DNA of 64,000 nt from Desulfatiglandales bacterium. GTDB taxonomy: Bacteria; Desulfobacterota; DSM-4660; Desulfatiglandales; HGW-15. The stretch is from the NCBI GenBank assembly GCA_963665715.2, contig CAXXPR010000002.1, forward strand, positions 372,437 through 436,436. The letters are read 5' to 3'. The notes under the pieces were generated by a model that was given only the letters and a program-made list of their open reading frames with translations, was not told the DNA's origin and made no database searches. The position numbers were made by a program, and so were the translations under genes. Below, one piece after another: positions 57,832 to 64,000 of the stretch (position 1 is the first letter of the stretch; each line of letters opens with the position of its first letter).

Positions 57832-59017
57832 GTGACTCCACTGCGAATTTATGAAGAGTCGAAAACGGACCCTGTTTTTTATCTTTATCTATACCTGCGA
57901 TCCTCCAGAAATATTCACCCGGTTCAAGTTTTACAGACACACCCCTTATATTTCCCTTAAGTCCTTTTATCTCTTTTTCGATTGTTGAAAAGTCTTCGTC
58001 TGATGAAATCTGAAAGATGTAACTTTCTGCTTCAGTTGAAGGCTCCCAGTGAAATTTTATCTTTTTTCTTGTTATGATGTCGTTTCCTGCAGGCGACTGT
58101 GCTTCCGGAGGCATCGGATGGGCATCAAGAACAAATATCTGCTCTGCATTTTCTCCTTCAAGTCCGTTTTTGTCTATACTCCTGACTCTGAGCATGTAGC
58201 TGTTATCCGGCAGCTGTGTTAAATCAGCTGTGCTGCCTTCGAATACGCTGTCGTAAACAAGATACTCATAGGCGTCTCCGGTCATAAGCTGAACCCTGAA
58301 TTTTTCTGCGTTTCCACTGTCTGTCCAGTTCAGCTGAAGTGGGAGCCGGTTTTCGACAGGTTTTACAGGCGTAACATCCGGAGCACCGGGAAGAGCAGTG
58401 GCTGCTTCAGGCGGTTTTCCAACTTCGGCTGAAGTTCCGTACCCTGCAGGAAGTTCAACCTCTTTGCCCGCTGCAGAGGCCATGACAGTTCCTTCAAGCA
58501 CCATTGATCTTGTTCGGCCTGTGTCTCCGTCAACTGATACAATAAAGCTTGTTCCTCTTACAGCAAGCTGCATTGCAGGTGTTAAAACCCTGTACCTGGC
58601 TTTAAACCCCTTTTGTTTTTTTACATGGGATTCAACGCTTCCTCTGTCAACACGAACTGCTGTTTCTGTTTCACCGGTTTCTTTCGATTTAAGCAGTTCC
58701 TCCATAACAACAAGACTGTTTTCCGAAACAAGCAGTTTTGAGCTGTCTTCAAACTGAATGGTCAGACTGCTGGAGGGGCCGGTTTCTACCTTTTCACTTT
58801 TTGCAAGGAAATCACCCGTTTTGACAGGAGATTTTTCACCTGCTTTTATTTTTAGTGCCTCTCCCTGTATCCGGATTACTTTGGCCGCTGCCAATTCAGG
58901 ACTTTTAAGTCCGCTGCTGCAGGAAAAGAAAAAAACAATACCAGTAAGTATAAATCCTGCGATAAAAATTCCTGATTTAAATCTTTTTGATTTATTCCGG
59001 CTTTTTCTGCCTGACAT
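57824..59017 (-). CDS. FecR-domain lipoprotein with C-terminal Fn3-like domains
   Basis: Possible lipobox FFSC; ETG..S...I.F.D.S, TP....AVRGT.F.V, VLEG.V FecR motifs; Y..RVRSID..GLEG and YFWRI..ID Fn3 strands. Confidence 0.85.
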   Translation of the reverse strand: MSGRKSRNKSKRFKSGIFIAGFILTGIVFFFSCSSGLKSPELAAAKVIRIQGEALKIKAGEKSPVKTGDFLAKSEKVETGPSSSLTIQFEDSSKLLVSENSLVVMEELLKSKETGETETAVRVDRGSVESHVKKQKGFKARYRVLTPAMQLAVRGTSFIVSVDGDTGRTRSMVLEGTVMASAAGKEVELPAGYGTSAEVGKPPEAATALPGAPDVTPVKPVENRLPLQLNWTDSGNAEKFRVQLMTGDAYEYLVYDSVFEGSTADLTQLPDNSYMLRVRSIDKNGLEGENAEQIFVLDAHPMPPEAQSPAGNDIITRKKIKFHWEPSTEAESYIFQISSDEDFSTIEKEIKGLKGNIRGVSVKLEPGEYFWRIAGIDKDKKQGPFSTLHKFAVESRD

Positions 59018-59039
59018 AATAAACTCCTTTTAATTCTTA

Positions 59040-62000
59040 CTATAGTTCAAAAACGACCGCTTCCAGATCATCAATAACTATATCTTTCTTTTTCTGAAGT
59101 TCCACCAGCGCAAGGCCAAGAACAAGATCAGGTCTTGTTTCTGCAACCTCATGCGCAGCAGAATCTTCAGGTGTAATAGTTAAACCGAACTCGGATAAAG
59201 ATGCGTTGTATTTTAATGATGATCCGTTTTTAGCCTTCAGCTCTATACTGATATCAAAAATGTGATCACCCGGCTCAAAGTCTGATCCGTCAGCATCATC
59301 ATAGGGCATTACCGTCAGTTTACTGTCTTCATCCATGATTATGTATCCGCCGCCAGCTGTATCTGCCTGACCTTTTTTCTTTACAACTACAGCTACTGTA
59401 GTTGCCATCCCGGAAGATGAACTTCCGGCAGGTCTCTGGCGTTTTAACTGGAGAGTATTGCCTTCCATCGAAACCTTAACGTCAGGCATTGAAATTCCTG
59501 AAATAGTATTGCCGTCACCCGCTGTTAAGTCAAAACTGCCGTCTTCCACGATTTCCACTTTTGCAGGCTGCATGGGAGTTTCACCTGTGCCGCTCTCCTC
59601 TGTGTCTGCAGTTTCTGCATCATTATTTTCTGATCCTGGGGCTGAATCATTTCCTGAAACCGCACCGTCTTCTGCCGGCTCTGTTTCGGCTCCTTTGTTA
59701 CCTGAATCACCCGAAGCTTCTTCACCTGTGCTTCCACCGGCTTCTCCGGCTGCTTCTCCTGAGGATACTTCTGCCACTGCATCTGCACCGGTTTCTTCAG
59801 TGCTTCCGGCACCGTCTGAATCAGCATAGTCTGATTCAGGTGCATTTACGGCTTCATTGACTTCTTCTGCTCCTGAATCCGGGTCACTGCTTCCGTATGA
59901 ATCTTCACTGATATTTTCTGCACCGGCAGCTGTGTCTGATTCCGTTCCGATATCTGCACCTGTTTCTCTGCTGCCCGGTTCTTCTGTATCAGTTTCTTCT
60001 GTCCCTGGAATTATACCGGGGTTAATTTCATTACCGTCGGCAGGCAGAGTACCGGGAGGTAAATCATCATTCTTTTCAGTTTCTTCACTTCCCGTTTCAT
60101 CATCTGTATCTCCTGGAATTTCACTGCCTGTTTCAAATGAACCTTCAGTGTCCCCTGTTCCGGTTTCTACATCGTCGGGAGTGGGAATATCTGAAATATC
60201 AGGAAGAGGGTTGGCCGTACCGGTTTCCGTTCCTGTATCCCCTCCTTCAGTGGAAATTTCCTGCTCCGTAACTGTGCCTTCATCATTATCTCCGGCAGGT
60301 TCGGTTCCTGCTCCGCCTTCGGTTCCTGCAGGAGGTGATTCACCCGGGTCATTATTTACAGGGTTTGTGATGGTTAATGTGCCGTCTTCATAATCGATTT
60401 CATAATTGCTGCTTTCCAGACCATCGGGTGCAATAGTATAACTCCCTGCATCAACTGCGCCCTGGGAGGTTCCTCCGTATTCAAGTTCTCCTCCAAGGTC
60501 TGATTCATCTTCATCAGCTGCAAAGCCTTCGTATGTGACTCCGTTTCCTCCGCTGTATGCCGTTCCGTCGGAAGTTTTTGTTTCATCGTTTGCTGTAACA
60601 GTTAGAGATGCAGGTGTTATGTTTAATGCACCGTCTATAAATGTAAGTGTATAGTTTTCATCAGTGCCTTCTGCAGTGTGGATGTATTCACCTGCATTTA
60701 ACCCTGAACCGCCGCTTGTTGTAATTCCGTCCAGGACACTTACTGTTTCGCCGTTTACAAGGCCCTCTGCGGTGAAGCCTGTTACTGACTGGGTAAGTCC
60801 GTTATATATTGTGCTCATGCTGCTGGCAGTAACCGTTGCATTCGCTTTTTCGATAATAAGGTCGCCGTTAATATAGGTGATGCTGTAATTACCTGAAGCA
60901 AGACCATCCGGAGTCAGTATGTAAGACCCCGCATTTACCGCTCCCTGTGAAGTTCCTGTATAGATAAGATTTCCTGTAAGAACATCGCTGGTCTCATTGT
61001 TTACAAAACCGTTATAAGTAACACCGTTTCCTCCGCTGTATGCTATGCCGTCATAGGTTTTGCTGGCATCAGCAGCCGTGACCGTAAGTGCAGCCGGAGT
61101 AATTGTTTTCGCCCCGTCAATAAAAGTCAGTCTGTAATTTTCATCCGTCCCGTATGCAGTATGGATATATGTTCCGACATTTATGCCTGAACCGCCGCTT
61201 GTTGTGACTCCGTCAAGAACACTGACCGTCTCGCCATTTACAAGACCTTCTGCTGTAAAACCGGTTACAGCCAGTGTACGTCCGTTATAAACTGCCGTGC
61301 CGCTGTTAGCTGTTACTGTTGCTTCTGCTTTGTTAACGGTAAGGGCTCCGTTTTCATAATGTATTTCATAGTTGCCGCTTGTAAGACCGTATGGGGTTAT
61401 TACGTAATTTCCTGCATTTACAGCTCCCTGTGAAGTTCCGGTATAGGAAAGGTTTCCTCCGATAACATCGGCAGTTTCATTATTTACAAAACCTGCGTAT
61501 GTTATTCCGTTTCCGCCTGTGTAGGCCAGGCCGTTGTAGGTTTTACTGTCGTCGGCTGCAGTTACGGTGAGAGAGGCCGGTGTAACAGTAAGGTCTCCGG
61601 TATTGTATGTAATGCTGTAATTGGAGGCTGTGAATGTTCCTCCGGAAGCATTTTCTGCAGTAATATCTCCAATGTATGTTCCTGCAGAAGCGCCGGTATC
61701 TGTGTCATATCCTCCGATACTGCTTAATATAACAGAACCGATTGTTTCACCATTTTTAAGCCCGCTTGATGTAAAAGCTGCGGTACCGAGAGTAAGAGTA
61801 TCACCATAGGTTTTACTTCTGTCATCAGCTGTGATGGATAATTCTGCAGCATCAACTGTAAGGTCTCCGGTATTGTATGTAATACTGTAATTGGATGCAG
61901 TAAATGTTCCGCCCGAAGCGTTTCCTGCAGTAATATCTCCTGCGTATGTTCCTGCAGAAGCGGTTGTGTCTGTGTCATAACCTCCGGTGCTGCTTAAGAT

Positions 62001-64000
62001 AACAGAACCTACTGTTTCATTGTTTTTAAGTCCGTTTGTAGTAAAGGCCGTGGTGCCGAGCGCAAGGCTGTCGCCATAGGTTCTGCTTCTGTCATCAGCT
62101 GTTATGGTCAGTTCCGCAGTATTAACAGTAAGGTCTCCGGTATTGTATGTAATGCTGTAATTGGAAGCCGTAAATGTTCCACCCGAAGCGTTTCCTGCAG
62201 TAATATCTCCTGCGTATGTTCCTGCAGAAGCGGTTGTGTCTGTGTCATAACCTCCGGTGCTGCTTAAGATAACAGAACCAATTGTTTCATTGTTTTTAAG
62301 TCCGTTTGATGTAAAAGCAGTGGTGCCGAGCGTAAGGCTGTCGCCATAGGTTCTGCTTCTGTCATCAGCTGTAATGGACAATTCTGCAGTATTAACAGTA
62401 AGGTCTCCGGTATTGTATGTAATGCTGTAATTGGAGGCTGTGAATGTTCCTCCGGAAGCATTCTGTGCAGTAATATCTCCTGCGTATGTTCCTGCAGAAA
62501 CGGTTGTGTCTGTGTCATAACCTCCGGTGCTGCTTAAGATAACAGAACCAATTGTTTCATTGTTTTTAAGTCCGCTTGATGTAAAAGCAGTGGTGCCGAG
62601 CGCAAGGCTGTCACCATATGTTTTGCTTCTGTCATCAGCCGTGATGGACAGTTCTGCAGTATTAACAGTAAAGTCTCCGGTATTGTATGTAATGCTGTAA
62701 TTTGAAGCAGTGAATGTTCCGCCGGAAGCATTTTCTGCTGTAATATCACCTGCGTATGTTCCTGCAGGGGTGCCTGTGTCTAAATCATATCCTCCTGTAC
62801 TGCTTAAGGTAACAGCTCCAACTGTTTCATTATTCTTAAGCCCGGTTGCTGTAAAAGCGGTGGTGCCAAGAGAAAGGGTATCTCCATAGGTTTTGTTCCG
62901 GTTATCCGCCGTAATGGTTAAAGATGCAGGATTGATCGTAAGGGTTCCGTTTGCTGTTGTGAAATTATAATTACGGTCAGTCGCAAGAGTACCTGTACCC
63001 GCTGTAATAACAGCATTTCCAACAGCTGTTGCTGCAGCAGCGGTTGTTGAACCTGAAGCGCTGCCGCTTAAAATGCTGTCGGTCTCCCCGTTGATATATC
63101 CGCTTACCGTCTGAGTTAACTCGGGGTTGGCTGAGCCGTAGGCCCGTGACTTATTATCAGCTGTTACAGTCAGCGTTGCGGTCTGAGCAAAGGCAAAACG
63201 GTCTCCGGTGCCTGATACTGCGGTCGGATCAGCACTGTTATAAGTGGTGTTGTACCAGGGGACAGCAGTCAGGTCATCATAGGTGTTTAAACCCTGATTC
63301 TGGCTGTATACAATAAACCTTCCTGTGCCCGGGTTAAGATCTCCGCCTGCGCCTTCAATAAAGTTTTCACCTGCGGCCAGAACAATTGATGTGGAATTGT
63401 CATCACCCATATCGGCTGTGGCTGTGACAGTACCGTTAAGAAGAAGGTTGTTCCCGCTTTCAGCTGTAAGAGTTCCGACATTTGATGTGCCGAGTCTCAG
63501 TATTTCGGAATCATAAATAGTTACAGAACCTCCGTCAACGGTAAGGAGAGAGCCGCTGTTATCTGAGTCGAAAATATTTAATGCATGATCCAGAGTAACA
63601 GTCTGAGTGCCCGCATTGATATCCGTTGATCCTGCGACAGATAAAAATTCGGACTGGGATATTGCTCCTCCGCTTGTGAGCGTGAGGTTTTCGGCAGCTG
63701 TTACTGCTCCGTCAATGTTAATGCCCGAACCGGTCAAAAGTGTAAGACTGTCATTGAATGTAACCGTTCCCCCGATATTTACTGCCCCGGCATCTGCATG
63801 TCCTATGGTTATACCTGAAAAACCGTTCTGGATTTTACCAAGTTCCGTTGTGTCCAGATTCAGTGTTCCTGTTCCTCCTGCCAGACCAATAGTGGTGCCG
63901 GCCGTTTCCGTCTCTATAACCAGGGCGCCTGTTGAGGCGATGCTGGCAGTGGCATAATTCAGGTTAAGAGTGTCACCTGTGAGGGTGATGGTTCCGCCGC
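59040..64000 (-). CDS. Giant repeat adhesin (filamentous haemagglutinin/MBG-repeat type), 5'-truncated by the window edge
   Basis: Frame stays open from 63737 to the window end; repeated LT.TADD.SKTYG/Y.G and NY.I.Y..G.LT motifs; acidic C-terminal linker. Confidence 0.9.
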   Translation of the reverse strand, partial: GGTITLTGDTLNLNYATASIASTGALVIETETAGTTIGLAGGTGTLNLDTTELGKIQNGFSGITIGHADAGAVNIGGTVTFNDSLTLLTGSGINIDGAVTAAENLTLTSGGAISQSEFLSVAGSTDINAGTQTVTLDHALNIFDSDNSGSLLTVDGGSVTIYDSEILRLGTSNVGTLTAESGNNLLLNGTVTATADMGDDNSTSIVLAAGENFIEGAGGDLNPGTGRFIVYSQNQGLNTYDDLTAVPWYNTTYNSADPTAVSGTGDRFAFAQTATLTVTADNKSRAYGSANPELTQTVSGYINGETDSILSGSASGSTTAAAATAVGNAVITAGTGTLATDRNYNFTTANGTLTINPASLTITADNRNKTYGDTLSLGTTAFTATGLKNNETVGAVTLSSTGGYDLDTGTPAGTYAGDITAENASGGTFTASNYSITYNTGDFTVNTAELSITADDRSKTYGDSLALGTTAFTSSGLKNNETIGSVILSSTGGYDTDTTVSAGTYAGDITAQNASGGTFTASNYSITYNTGDLTVNTAELSITADDRSRTYGDSLTLGTTAFTSNGLKNNETIGSVILSSTGGYDTDTTASAGTYAGDITAGNASGGTFTASNYSITYNTGDLTVNTAELTITADDRSRTYGDSLALGTTAFTTNGLKNNETVGSVILSSTGGYDTDTTASAGTYAGDITAGNASGGTFTASNYSITYNTGDLTVDAAELSITADDRSKTYGDTLTLGTAAFTSSGLKNGETIGSVILSSIGGYDTDTGASAGTYIGDITAENASGGTFTASNYSITYNTGDLTVTPASLTVTAADDSKTYNGLAYTGGNGITYAGFVNNETADVIGGNLSYTGTSQGAVNAGNYVITPYGLTSGNYEIHYENGALTVNKAEATVTANSGTAVYNGRTLAVTGFTAEGLVNGETVSVLDGVTTSGGSGINVGTYIHTAYGTDENYRLTFIDGAKTITPAALTVTAADASKTYDGIAYSGGNGVTYNGFVNNETSDVLTGNLIYTGTSQGAVNAGSYILTPDGLASGNYSITYINGDLIIEKANATVTASSMSTIYNGLTQSVTGFTAEGLVNGETVSVLDGITTSGGSGLNAGEYIHTAEGTDENYTLTFIDGALNITPASLTVTANDETKTSDGTAYSGGNGVTYEGFAADEDESDLGGELEYGGTSQGAVDAGSYTIAPDGLESSNYEIDYEDGTLTITNPVNNDPGESPPAGTEGGAGTEPAGDNDEGTVTEQEISTEGGDTGTETGTANPLPDISDIPTPDDVETGTGDTEGSFETGSEIPGDTDDETGSEETEKNDDLPPGTLPADGNEINPGIIPGTEETDTEEPGSRETGADIGTESDTAAGAENISEDSYGSSDPDSGAEEVNEAVNAPESDYADSDGAGSTEETGADAVAEVSSGEAAGEAGGSTGEEASGDSGNKGAETEPAEDGAVSGNDSAPGSENNDAETADTEESGTGETPMQPAKVEIVEDGSFDLTAGDGNTISGISMPDVKVSMEGNTLQLKRQRPAGSSSSGMATTVAVVVKKKGQADTAGGGYIIMDEDSKLTVMPYDDADGSDFEPGDHIFDISIELKAKNGSSLKYNASLSEFGLTITPEDSAAHEVAETRPDLVLGLALVELQKKKDIVIDDLEAVVFEL
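61578..62927 (-). repeat. Five tandem 270 bp (90 aa) intragenic repeats
   Basis: gtaa.gtctccggtattgtatgtaat recurs at 61588, 61858, 62128, 62398 and 62668. Confidence 0.95.

Overview
Low-GC chromosomal window from an anaerobic Gram-negative bacterium; gene content points to Desulfobacterota (inference). From left to right: (1) an IclR-headed bamB-C-D-E(hdrA)-mvhD/bamF-like operon for a class II (tungsten) aryl-CoA reductase-type complex; (2) an orphan histidine kinase plus PilZ gene; (3) a sigma54-promoted operon of speD-like, GNAT, ATP-grasp, PLP-decarboxylase and zinc-ribbon genes of unknown product; (4) housekeeping uppP, glcD-like, recR, ybaB, dnaX (A10 slippage site) and tRNA-Ser(GGA); (5) an MCP; (6) a ~19 kb signalling and transport cluster with three kinases, an NtrC-type activator, OprO/P porin, TauE/SafE exporter, Ca/Na antiporter, a degenerate Rex, a REC-CBS protein and a GNAT-HDAC fusion; (7) a mosaic accessory island (~44.4-56 kb) with a ~134 bp direct repeat, attC-type cassettes without integrase, an HUH/Y1 nuclease in 29 bp inverted repeats plus satellite GGGGTC-ended elements, AraC-TonB receptor, YefM/YoeB, OmpA-domain protein and a TGS1-like methyltransferase; (8) a 5'-truncated giant repeat adhesin-FecR/Fn3 lipoprotein-CHASE2/GGDEF operon. 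The best candidates for an undescribed system are the GNAT-HDAC/REC-CBS module, the SpeD-GNAT-ATP-grasp-decarboxylase operon and the Y1/inverted-repeat-organised cargo island. All calls come from motif reading by eye; no database searches were run.
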